Shown here in pieces: positions 50,139 through 61,419 of a stretch of 64,000 bases of DNA (within the stretch, counting starts at the first letter, position 1; every line of letters starts with the position of its first letter). Both the position numbers and the translations under genes were made by a program. The stretch spans positions 24,492,001 to 24,556,000 of the forward strand of contig NC_045696.1 in the NCBI RefSeq assembly GCF_009834535.1, given 5' to 3'. Under the pieces are notes generated by a model. The model saw only the letters and a list, made by a program, of their open reading frames with translations, was not told the origin of the DNA and searched no databases. Source of the DNA: Camelus ferus. Lineage: Eukaryota.

Positions 50139-50218
50139 CTCTAAATGAAGACGGTTTTCTTTGGAGTAATAACGTACATTCTGTGCAAGGAAGAAAACTA
50201 CAAGGCGTTTCTTATCAG
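50139..50218 (+). CDS. SAMSN1: Coding exon 6 (A-LNEDGFLWSNNVHSVQGRKLQGVSYQ)
   Basis: Acceptor cctcttttcatag|, donor CAG|GTAACA, 80 nt, phase 1-0, open. Confidence 0.8.
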
Positions 50219-51149
50219 GTAACATGAATCATCAACATGTACGTGGTGTTTTGTGAAAACCGTCTTGCCCCTGAGCTCCGTCATATCTAGACGTAGTGTA
50301 CAATGCTTAGCCTTGTCGTTATTTTGTATTTAGTTCCTGCAGGTTGTTTTGTAATTGATATGCTTATGTCTCTGTGAATTGGAATGTAAATGAAAAAAAT
50401 CAAATGACAACTTGAATTAATAAACCATCTTGATTATGCAAAACATCACGCTCTACAGACTTTTGATAAGTAACTGTGAAATTAATACACTGGGATTTTC
50501 TCTGACAAGACCTGTGCTAAGTGCTTAGAATGATCTAGCAACCTCCAGTGAGGGGCATGTCCCTCATGTTCCATGTTTGGTAAAAAATCATATACTGTGA
50601 TTCCTGACATATCCCTTTAAAAATTGTATTAATTAGCCTAGGAGTTCAAGCAATTAAGAATTTCTGAACCTGGGGCCTCCCTAATAATAATAACATAGCA
50701 TTAATTAACAGCCAAATAATTGCTATTCACCCTGTAACAAAAAATCGTACGTAGGTCAACAGGGCTAACTCAGGCACCATACTGATTTTTGATATTTTTC
50801 TGACAGCCATGGTATTCTCTTTAATCATTCTGATGGTTTTATTAGAAAATTTAGAACTGAGCTTCCTCGGTACAGTAGATTGATCAATAGGCAGAGGGTA
50901 TGTAGCATGTGAATTGCAAGGGGCTGACTTGGTGAGGAAAGGGAGCTGGAATTCCTAAATCCAGCCTTATTTCTGAGGCTGTCGGAGGCCCTCCGACGCA
51001 TTAGACAGTGGATCATAACCTTTGACCAACCGCAGTATCTGCGGGCTGCTCTGATGCTGCGGGAGTGATACAGCTATGCTCCCGGTGGGGCGCCTGCCCA
51101 TGGCTGCCTGTTGCCAGAAAGTCATCCACCAGCCGGCTCTCGTGCAGGG

Positions 51150-51370
51150 CATGGTTGAGAGATCTGGAAACAGAGAGACTCTGCTTGGATCTTAGTTTGG
51201 CCCTAGTAGCTATAGACTTTGTGCAGTTAATCTCTCTCTGCCTCAGTTTTCATCATCTGTAAAATCAGAACCTATACCTCATATCTGTCATGAGGATTAA
51301 GCGAGATACTTCATTAAAGCACTTAGCTTCATGGCTGGCACTCAGGAGATGCTTAAAAAATTCAGTTATT
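51150..51370 (+). mobile_element. MIR SINE
   Basis: ctctctgcctcagttttcatcatctgtaaaat...catgaggattaagcgagata...aaagcacttagc. Confidence 0.85.
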
Positions 51371-52197
51371 GTCATTGAACCTCTTCTTTTCCCTTCCCCT
51401 TTTCTCCTCCCCTTACTTTTTGCAAGAACTTAATGACACTTTCATAAACACAGCTCGCAGATTAGCTCTGAAATATGCAGTCTCATCCTCCCAGATTTAG
51501 GTGAGGTCTCACATATAGTATCTAAGTGAAACATTATCTAGTAACCAGGAAAAAATAACAGTCAGTTTATAGTAAGAGCTCCCCGACATGCTTTGTGCCC
51601 AGAGAAACCCTTCTTTAAATCTGTAGTAGAAAAACAGAACCATCTCAGAAATAAGAAAATGATGTAGAACATTCTTGGAAGAAAGGGTTAAAGATAAATC
51701 TTTAACACCAAACTTTCTATATGTTTTCACTGGCCAAGAAATGATCCTTCTAGAATGGTAACCATTCATTTGTACTATGTAGTTTATCACAAAAGATTAG
51801 CTGTGGGAATTCATAGCCAGTGACGGACAGGTGGGAGCTATTGAATCTAGAAATCTTGGTGTGAGAATTGGGGCTGGTCTTATCTATCTTTAATATGTCT
51901 CTTCTTATTCATAGTAGGCATTTGATTGAGCTTAACTAATTAAGAAACACTTTTTCCTGAATGACAGAATATTTCAGTGCAACAGAGTATTACTAAATAT
52001 TAAGCAGTACTATGCAAATTGTTAATCTATTAACTCTTTGTGACCAAGGAAAAGTAGAAGCAGCTTACTCTTCGAACGATGTGGGAGAGAGGGAACCGTT
52101 CTCTGCTCCAAGGGGAGACTGGCCTGTCGGTGGAGTTCATAAAAACGGACTCTGGCACAGACTGTGGCCTCTAATAACATGAGAAGTGACATCAGGG

Positions 52198-52340
52198 CAG
52201 CGTTTCTCCAAGTGTGGCGTGGGAACCATCTGTATCAGAATCGCTTAGGGTATCTGTTAAAAATGCAGATTTCTGAGCCATACCCTGGTCCAAATGAATT
52301 ATATCAGGGGTCCAGGAATCAGTATTTTTACATGAGTCTT
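52198..52340. mobile_element. MER5B-like hAT element
   Basis: cagcgtttctccaagtgtgg...atcagaatcgcttaggg...tgttaaaaatgcagatttctg...ccaggaatc. Confidence 0.8.
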
Positions 52341-52779
52341 CAGAGGAGGCTCAGGACCTGACAGGTGAGACTCTGGGATGCAGACAGTTGATGAGCACTT
52401 GTCTGTAGACATGATGTCTCATGCACTTTCACTTTACAAACCCCAACTTGGCTCAGGTCTCGTCTGGGGAGACAACAGCCTCCTGGAAAAACCAAAGCTG
52501 ATACTTGTTCTGCATTATGGGAATGATATGCATTCATTACAGAACTTTTTAAAACTATATAAAAGTAGAAAGGATTAAGATACTGAATAATATCTTAATA
52601 GAGTAAATGTTTACACGGCACTGGCCATTTTACTGAATATCATTAACATGAGGTAAGTTCCCAGGATGCCAAACATATTATAGTTATTATTATCATAGGA
52701 TCATGCTTACAAAATATATTTTGGACAATAAAAATATTCAGAATAAAAGAGTTAAACATCAACTGAATTTTCTGAATAG

Positions 52780-52919
52780 AAAACCCTCAACCAGACATGT
52801 TTCCTTCATGTTCTCAAAATGAGAAGAAGGATCTCAGATGGAAGAAGTTACAAGGAACCAAGTGGCAGGAGTCGGAGAAGATGTCTATGGAACGTCTCCT
52901 CCAATAATGACTGTGCTCG
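52780..52919 (+). CDS. SAMSN1: Probable coding exon 7 (KTLNQTCFLHVLKMRRRISDGRSYKEPSGRSRRRCLWNVSSNNDCA+)
   Basis: Acceptor ttttctgaatag| has a weak tract. Only the phase-0 frame required by exon 6 is open across all 140 nt. Purine-rich exon-like composition; donor TCG|GTGAAT, phase 2. Confidence 0.55.
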
Positions 52920-53419
52920 GTGAATATTTTTGTCTACTTGGCCTGGGATGGGTTTGCGGGCGAACCAGGCTTGCAGGAGAAGTGCTGACGGGAGAGTTTG
53001 AAGCAGAGCAGACTGCCTGGTACTGTGATCGTCATACCAACCCTAAAGAGCATCCTGGGGTGACTGGACTCCCAGCATGTGTTTTGTATCCTTTGTTCTT
53101 GTTTGTTCTTTCCTGGCAGTGTTCAGTTGATGGCTCAAACCTTTTGTAGCATATTGAAAAGGGTATAAAATATGCAGTAATATTTTCAAAAATGTTTCAT
53201 GCCTCATTTCTCACGTAAATTCTTAGGTTGCATTCAGCCTTCAGAGCGTCATTCATATGCATGATGGGCAAGAGGGATAACATTTATTACTTTCAGTGCT
53301 GGTGATATTAAGCACTGTCAAGCTCCCCCACCCAGCACGGCACCAAAACGTTTTCTCCCTGGGCAACTTCAGTGGATAAAGTGTTGCTGAGGGAATTAAC
53401 TGTTAGATATTAAAATAAG

Positions 53420-53552
53420 TGTTTATATTTATATAAAATATATATTCATAAAATATGTAAATACATCTACTTATTTATTATAATCAAAATATAATATTTT
53501 AATATATATGTATATGATAAAATAGATAAGTTTATATTTTTATAAAAATATG
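53420..53552. repeat. AT-rich low-complexity tract
   Basis: Nearly all A/T, with (TA)n-like runs. Confidence 0.75.
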
Positions 53553-53581
53553 TCTGTCCCCCAAAACCTTAGGTTCCCTTC

Positions 53582-54086
53582 TGTGGCAGATATTACTAAA
53601 GGTTAGATCACTCCACACCCTTTCAGTCTATTTCTTTCTTGATGTCCTTTTCTATGGAGACTAAAGATGAGTATTTGAATTGTCAGGCTCCCCTGTAGTT
53701 AGGGGTGGTCATAGAACCCAATTCTGGCCAATGAGATGCGGTAGATATAAATGTCAAAACGCCTGGGGAGGGCTTTCTTTTTTGAAGAAAAAAGCAAAGC
53801 CTCCTGAGGAGAAAGCTTTGTCCTTTGCCCTTCTCTCTCCCTGGAGCTGGGACTTGATACCTGATGAGTTAGCAGTTGTCTTCCAACCACAGGGCAAAAG
53901 GCACACGTTAAAGATGGTGGAGCAGGCAAATGCACAGAGCTTTATTCATCAATGACATTTGAGTAACTGCAGCATTGGACCGACTATCTTTGGACTTACT
54001 GTGTGGACATATAAGCCCCACATTTGTTTAAGCCACTATTGTTGGTTTTCTGTTCCACAAAGCTGAATGGATGTCTAACTCATACA
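53582..54086 (+). mobile_element. MLT1 (I/J-like) solo LTR
   Basis: tgtggcagata...gttaggggtggtcatagaacccaattctggccaatgagatg...tttaagccactattgttggttttctgtt...ctaactcataca. Confidence 0.85.
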
Positions 54087-54735
54087 CTTTATTATTAAAA
54101 CTGTTACTTTTGCTAATGCTGAATCTCTCTATTGATATTAGACCGAACTGTGAACACAGAGTCGGATACTGTCTAGACTCAGCTCTGATTGTACAATCTA
54201 GACAAGCCTCCTTCAATTCTCAAGCAGTGTAATTGACATTTAGAGTTGAGAGTTAGTCATTTAGTCGGTAAGATGAAAATCAGATTAGTAGCAAAAAATC
54301 TATTAACTACATACAGTCTATTGGCTAAACATAGACTTATAACTGAATCCCAGGCAGCACACCATTGTCGGGAAAGGTATGTAAATTAGATCAAAGTAGG
54401 ACTGCTTTTTCATGAGCTTAACTGAGGTCACAACAGCAGGTGACTGGGGAAGAATTTTAAGGTTATGCTGCGATCTGCTTGTTAACAAACAGAAGAGGCA
54501 GGTCTCGCATTAGATTTCATCAGACACGGTTTTCTGTGGTTCTAAACAAAGGTGTGAATAAACTATAAGGCAGGGAAAGATATGGCCAAAATGACAGATT
54601 GTTTAATTGGTACCCACAGTGTCAACCTCCAAATAGTCTTTACGTAAGATGTGATAATCCAAAGATGAACTAATGATGTTGTATATTGTTCATATTTTCA
54701 AGTACTTTCTTCTCCATTATTATAACTTCAGCAAC

Positions 54736-55503
54736 TATATTAGCTATCTGCTGCTACATAACAAATTACTCTCAAATTTAGGGGCTTAAAACAACCAACA
54801 TGAATGACGTCAGAGTTTCTGTGAGTCAGGAGTTTGGGAGTCGTAGAGCTGGGGATTCTACCTCAGGGGCTCTTACGAGGATGCAGTTAAAATGGCGTCG
54901 GAAGGCTGCCCATCGCGGAAGGAACTGCTTCTAAACTCCGTCAGGGCTGCAGCCAGGAGGCCTCAGCTCCTGGCTGGGGGGCTGTTTGGAAGCATCGGTC
55001 TCCCACCATATTGGCCTTTCCATGGGGCTGCTTGAGGGTCCTCATTGCATGGCATTTGGCTTCCCTCAGAGTGAGCTATCCAAGACACAGAGTAAGAAGG
55101 AAAACAAGAAGGAAAACCTTTTAAAATCTGGCCTCAGTTATTGCTTAGTGGGTACAGAGTCTCTATTTGAGATGATGAGAAAGTTCTGGAACTAGATAGT
55201 GGTATTATTGGTTGTACAACATCATGAATGTCCTTAATGCCACTAAGTTGTATACTTGAAAATGATTAAAGTGGTAAATTTATGTTATGTTTATTTCACA
55301 ATAAAAATTTTAATAAATAAATAAATATAAAACTATACTTTGAAAAAGATCTAGTTTCAGAAGTCATACACCATCACTTCCACCTTATTCTATTTGTTAT
55401 AAGCAAGTTATTAAATCCAGCTCATATTAAGGGGGGGCATTCTGATCCATCTTTTGAAGAGTGCAGTATAAAGTAATTTGTGGACATATTTTAAAACCAC
55501 CAG
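54736..55503 (-). mobile_element. MLT1 (E/F-like) LTR interrupted by L1MB
   Basis: tattagctatctgctgctacataacaaattac...cagaagtcatacaccatcacttccacc...atttgtggacatattttaaaaccacc. Confidence 0.8.
55137..55335 (+). mobile_element. L1MB 3' end inserted in MLT1
   Basis: gggtacagagtctctatttgagatgatgagaaagttctggaactagatagtgg...aataaaaa, with imperfect flanking duplication atctggcctcag/atctagtttcag. Confidence 0.85.
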
Positions 55504-55775
55504 AGCTACTTGATAATATTTTAAGGTTATACGTGGAGGAGTTTTCCTGCATCCCAAGGGCAAGATTCTAACTCATTCTGCAAATAGAAAAAATATAGAA
55601 CTCTGTTAGCTAGAAGAGAATGTAACTCCCTTTTTTAATATAAGACTTTAAATAAAGTGGCTTTAGTTGTTATTAAAAGCATATTGAATGTTATGAAATA
55701 CACATCTTTGGTAAAGTGAAATTAAAAACAGACTAGATTTTCTTGCTTTAGTTTCCAAAGTTATACTGTATCTTC

Positions 55776-55788
55776 ATCTATCTATCTG

Positions 55789-55829
<41 letters not shown>
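55776..55829. repeat. (TCTA)n tetranucleotide microsatellite
   Basis: About 13 units with one TCTG interruption. Confidence 0.97.
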
Positions 55830-56349
55830 ATTCCCTTTTAAAGCAAGGAAAAAACCTTAAGCAACCCTTATTTTGACTTTTATTCACAGAAAAAAAAATG
55901 GTTGATGGTAACAAATGAATTTTATGAATGAGCTACTTTATCCATCCAAGTTCTAATTCTAAATACATATGGGTGTTTTCCCCTCTTGATCATCTTAAAT
56001 GGATGATAGGAATTATATGGGTATTCCTTAGCACCATTCTCATTTTTAAAGAATTATATAATTTTAAAAAATGGCTAGTAAACATATTCTAGTAACTTAC
56101 ACTGCACCAAGCACCAAATACTACTTGACATCTTTAAAAACACAACAGGAACCTGAAAATGTGGACTTAATTCTTTAAAAATCTACATACTACACTCAAA
56201 GGCAAAATAAAATCCAGTCATTCAGTATTAGCTTCAGTCCCCTTAGCTATTCTGTCAGTTTCTACTTTTTGCTTCTTGGTCCTGGGCTGCAATTTGTGGG
56301 ATTTCTGCCAAACCTTGGACTTTTGGTTACTACAAAGCTTAAAATTTGC

Positions 56350-56530
56350 TTTACCTTTATATAAGTCGTAACTCTTGACCTAGGACTTCTTGTTTAAAGT
56401 CTCAGTGCCTCAATCTCCTTATGTGTAAAATGATGCTAAGAAAAACTTCTCATGATGGTTATGAACATTAAACAAAACAGCATATGTATACCACCCCCAG
56501 AAGGTGTTCAGTGAACATTTATGTCCTCTC
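56350..56530 (+). mobile_element. MIR fragment
   Basis: tctcagtgcctcaatctccttatgtgtaaaatg...ggttatgaacattaaa. Confidence 0.6.
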
Positions 56531-58299
56531 CCTAAACTTTTCTTAATCCCATTGTAGCCTTCCCCTTGGAATAAAATTGAAATTCTCATCTATTTTCTGT
56601 TATAAACTCCATTCAGTGCCCTTTGCTGAATTCTTGTGGTGTCCTAGGCGGGACCTGTGTTTGTGTTAGGTACTTGGATTTTTCGAGAGTAGAAGCAGAC
56701 AGTAAGGAGCTCACATTGCCAGGTACCAAACATAATAAAACTATCCTGTGCTGCAACCCCAAGTATCACCCAACTCCAAATGTATATTTAGTTTGAGTTT
56801 AAACTCTCTCAGAGTTTCAAAAAGGGAAACCCATTATGTACCCGATAATGAAGAGCATTAAGGGAATAAGGAATAGACTGCTTCATAAACTATTTTTCTG
56901 ACCCTAACTCTCTTTCTACCAAACTTCTTCTGGATTTTGGACCATGTGTTGGGACTGGAGTAAGTGAGGGATTGGGAGTGAATTCACTTTATATAATGTA
57001 TTTATTCTCTATATAGATCCATGGACATACATATTAATCTTTGCATATGTGTATGTAAAGATGAAGCCACTGATGAAACATTAATCAGTGTACTTTGATA
57101 ACATAATAATTAGAATTGAGAAAATGGATCCTTTCTCAATTATTCTGGTACCTTGGTACAGTTTCATTTATTTGTTTTTAAAGAATGTCAACATCACTTT
57201 TTTTTTCCCTAATATTAAAAAGGGTGATTTTGAATGTTGACGTCCACCTCCCATCAAAGACATGTTAAACCTACTGCCAATGAAATGGTAGGAAAGTTCC
57301 CCTTGGATAATCCTATTTAAGTGGTTTTTCCATCTCTTTTCCAATAATTTTAACACCATGAGCATTGTTTTCCATAGTTCTCTATTAACTTTGTTTTCAG
57401 CTGCTACATGAAAGTGTGATTAGAGAAAATAAAAAGACTTGTTCTTACTGAGAAATTTCCCAACTCAAGAGAAGAATAAGCATTTCCTTCAAAAAAGGGT
57501 GAATTTTTGTGTAAAAAAAATTCCCTAAAATTTAGCATTTTTTTCCTGAGATATGGAAAATTTTATACTGTTATAAAGTATATCTTCTTTGTGTTCCAAC
57601 TCTCTCCTATGACATTAAACTCCTCAGATCACATTAACCACCTCAGATCACATTAACCACTTTCCTTTCTTGTTGAGCTATTGCTAAACAGAGGTTCAGG
57701 GAAAGGACATGCTTTTGCAAGTATGGAAAATTTCCAGGACACTCATGTACATCAGCAAATCTTGTAGTATGATGGACTTGAATAGCTTGTAAGTTCTCTT
57801 TGCTGTTCTTTTTTCAGATTGACTTTTGGAAACACTGCAAGTTAAATTATACAATTTTATTTGATTATTATTTCCCAGAGTATAATATAAATTTGCAGAT
57901 TCTGTGGCAAATAACCACTTTCAACAAATCAAGTTTCTTTATGTAGGCATAAATATGATACTTTCCAGATACCGCCATTCACAGCACTCTTTTCCCAAAG
58001 ATAATGTTACCATCTAAGTTTCGGTAGTAGTTTTCTTCTCACCATAGTCTTTTTGCCTAAGGGTTGATAGCTATGCGAGGTAGGAACAGGTGATGGAAAG
58101 ATACCTAAGTGTTACTTCTGTTCCCTGAAAAATTACTGTCCCCTACCTTGTTTGTTTCCCATGCCTTTTAAGTGTTTAATCATTAGTTAAATATCAAAGA
58201 GCTGCGGGGAAAAAAACAACTGAATTCAATGAAAACCAAAAGGACCTTCCAGATGAAAATAAAGCTCTGCATTTGGGAGGACTGAAAAATAACTTAATC

Positions 58300-58850
58300 A
58301 GAATCAAGAGAACTGGATCAGAAGACCTGGAGCTTCCACTGGCTGTGCTCTTAGGCTATTAAATTCACTCCATGTCTTAGTTTTTTTACTTTTTAAAAGT
58401 TAGATATTGGACTAGATGAATACAGAGACTTCTTTAAATGCTAAAAGTCTATAATAAATAGTAGCTCATTCTCATTTATTCCTTGATACTCTTCTGAGTT
58501 CCAAGAGTTTACATAAGGTAACAAAAGGAGATACTTATATAATTTAATGACCCTAAGCTTACTTGAACAATGATGAACTCCTGTGACCCACTCCTCATTT
58601 TATAGAAGCATTGAGAAGGGAAGTGGCTTGTTCAAGTCCACATGGCTGGTCACAATGCAGAGCATCACAACAGTCACTTATCTGCAGACCAAGGCTGATT
58701 CTATTAACCAGGTTTTCCTGATATTTTTCATTTATTTCTTGTGTATGTTAAATTATAACTCCTAGATATAAGGGTTGTATTTTTTCTACGTCATTTCCTA
58801 AACTCATGACTCCTTATAGTGCTAGGAATCCAACAGGTGCTTAATAAAAA
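58300..58850. mobile_element. Cluster of MIR3 (+), MIR (-) and L2 tail (+) fragments
   Basis: tcagaagacctgg...ttggactagatga; ctcattttatagaagcattgagaagggaagtggcttgttcaagtccacatggct; caacaggtgcttaataaa. Confidence 0.6.
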
Positions 58851-60597
58851 TAAATTTATATACTGGTTCTTAAATTTCTCATTGTTCATGTGTTTTGGTC
58901 ATGACAGAATGTACCCAAAAAAGAAATGTTCTTATGAACAGTTTCAGAAACTTCTTCAAAATTGCAAAGCATAATAATATTACAGGGAAGTAAGAAAGAT
59001 GTTGCTTCTGTAGCCTTTGCTCTTAAACCAACCCTAACTCATTTGCATCCCTGACTTGTATAATTCTGGCAGCTTCCAGCTGGCTTGGCAGTGTCTGCAC
59101 GTCAAAAGACTGACCCCAACCTATGGGTCAATGAGCAAAGAGCAGTCTTGGCTCCTCATACAGAAATGGGGGAGAGATGGCATGAACTTGGAACTTCCTT
59201 GTGCCATGGAAAGTAGAGCTAGGTGGCACATTATTCCAATTCCAAGAATTATGCACCTCAAAATCTGCTTGAGAGGAAGGAGAAAGAGCCAGAACTCTGC
59301 ACTAGAACTTGAGTGGGTGATTTGTATTTACCCAGCGGGATAAGACTGTTACATAAAGGGCTTTGTTAGGCATGCTAAATTCCACTGCTTAGCTGTTCAA
59401 ATGCTTGCTAATCTTCCAGGCAAATACATTACCCTTCACACCTTACCTGATGCAAACTTTCTCTCCTATGACTAACCATCGCATCTTACTTGTATTTCTC
59501 ATATGACACACATTAAAATTTTTCTCCAGATGTATTTTTGACCAGCTATTCCGTTCCCATATATTGACTGAGCATGTTAGAGACCAGGATTGAGATGTGC
59601 AAAATAGTTCCGGAACCCCAAAGAGCTCACCTTTCAGTGGAGGGGACAGACCCAAAAACTTACATGACTGTTTTTTTAATCACTCACATTAAACAATGAG
59701 CATTACAAGGTAGACAAAATGTCTTACTCTCTTTTGCATCTCCCACAGATTAGGTGCCCAGTAAATGTGTGTTGAATGAATAAATAAATATCTTATAAGC
59801 CTTCTAGGAGAATATATTCTATTTCATTAATTAATGTATTCAACTGCTTATTCATTCAATGGCTTTTTTATTGTGCCCGACCCTATTTTAAGTGCTGATC
59901 CATCTTCATTTAATTTCAACTTCTATCACTAAAATAATAATACATTTTGTAATTATAATTATAAAAATATATCTAACATCAACATGGCAATTTTTCCACC
60001 AGTTATTTCTTCAATCAATATTTCATTTGTGTAAATGAATTATTTTCAAATTGTTTTTTTAGTTAGTTGTAGTTCCAAGAAAGCAGTAAAATAAACCTCT
60101 GAAATGAAACTTGTTTATTTTCATGTATTTGCATTGATTAATTCTAGCTCATAATCTTCTTGGTTTTATTACTATACATTGAGTTACTAAATGTTAATTG
60201 ATCATTGTGACCTTACAAATTATCTTGTTAGAGTATGTTTTAGGTCATAAATAGAGAGTAATCATTTTCATATAAAAGAGAATGGAGATACAGCTTTGGT
60301 AGAAAAAGATTTGATTAAAAAAACTGGTATTCTAAATACATTTTTAGATTACAGAATTTCTCCCAATTATAGAACTAATATATCTTCATTGTAGAAAACT
60401 TAGAAACTGTAGGGTATATAAAGAAGGAGAAGAAAGAAGCCACCTAGAGTGGTATTTGTGCTTTTTATACAAATTCACATTGTGAGAACACAATTCATAT
60501 AGTTAGACGAATTGAATTTATTTAGTCTCCATAAGCCTAAGTTTCTCCTGTTTAAAGGAAGGGATAAAATTGGAAGGGATTTAAATTTCCTCGAAGT

Positions 60598-60692
60598 GAA
60601 ATATATATATGAAATAGAACATACATATATATAATATTAAATATAAATATATATGTAAAGAAAATATATAGAAAGGATATATATATACACAT
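60598..60692. repeat. (TA)n-rich low-complexity tract
   Basis: Directly visible. Confidence 0.8.
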
Positions 60693-60844
60693 ATGAATAG
60701 GCTTACAAATCTGAGTATCTACCTGATACTTATATTCCATATTGGAGAACTATATTTAACTTATAAATTAAAACCCTGAATTTGGTTGGTCTTAATTCGG
60801 CTGCCAATACTAGAAAACTAGTAATTATGCTGGCTCCTGAAAAT

Positions 60845-61020
60845 CTTGTGAGAAAGAACATTGGATTAAAAGTCAGAATACTTGATTCTCATTCTAGCTC
60901 TGTTATTAATGAATTATCTTTCCCTGGATAAGCCACTTAGCTTCTCTGGGTTTTCTCATTTTTTAAATAGACTGGTAGACTAGATGTCCAATAAGTTCCA
61001 TCCCAGCTCATAAAATATGA
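60845..61020 (+). mobile_element. MIR3-like SINE
   Basis: gaaagaacattggattaaaagtcagaatacttgattctcattctagctctg...ggataagccacttagcttctctgg...gactagatg. Confidence 0.75.
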
Positions 61021-61419
61021 TTGTAGGACTAATTCAGCTCAATAATTCATTGATGCTATTTTCAAAAAATTATTCTATCATCCTAACAGTCAAGCAAAGT
61101 GTCAGAAAATGTGGTGTATTTAATCCAACACTTGTAACAAAATTTTTACATTATTTAAGGAATGTGAGCAAAGTGAATTAAAAGATATGAATATTTATAT
61201 ATGAAAGATACATACATACTAAAGTATATGTATAAAATTTTTAATTCATATTCACTTGTAACTACTTTTGATGGAGAAAAACAATAAATAAACTACAATA
61301 TTTTAATTTCCTCTCATTTCTCAATTCTTAATACTGTTTTTCGCATCATTACATTTTGAAGAAATAGATGAGTACCAGATCAAGTCCTCAACCCTTTATT
61401 CATTTATATATTTCATATT

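Noticed and set aside
50807..50897. Candidate exon ctgacag|CCATGG...GAGG|gtatgt
   Set aside because: The phase-0 frame needed after exon 6 hits TAA after 5 codons; it is open only in an incompatible frame.
52838..53149. 103-aa ORF MEEVTRNQVAG...
   Set aside because: It overlaps probable exon 7 in a different frame. The frame compatible with exon 6 is the phase-0 frame from 52780.
55890..58370. Candidate exon 8 acceptors (55890, 56670, 57818) and an open stretch at about 58190-58360
   Set aside because: These show in-frame stops, weak donors or overlap with MIR. The 56670-56701 segment is open, but I cannot support it without homology or RNA data.
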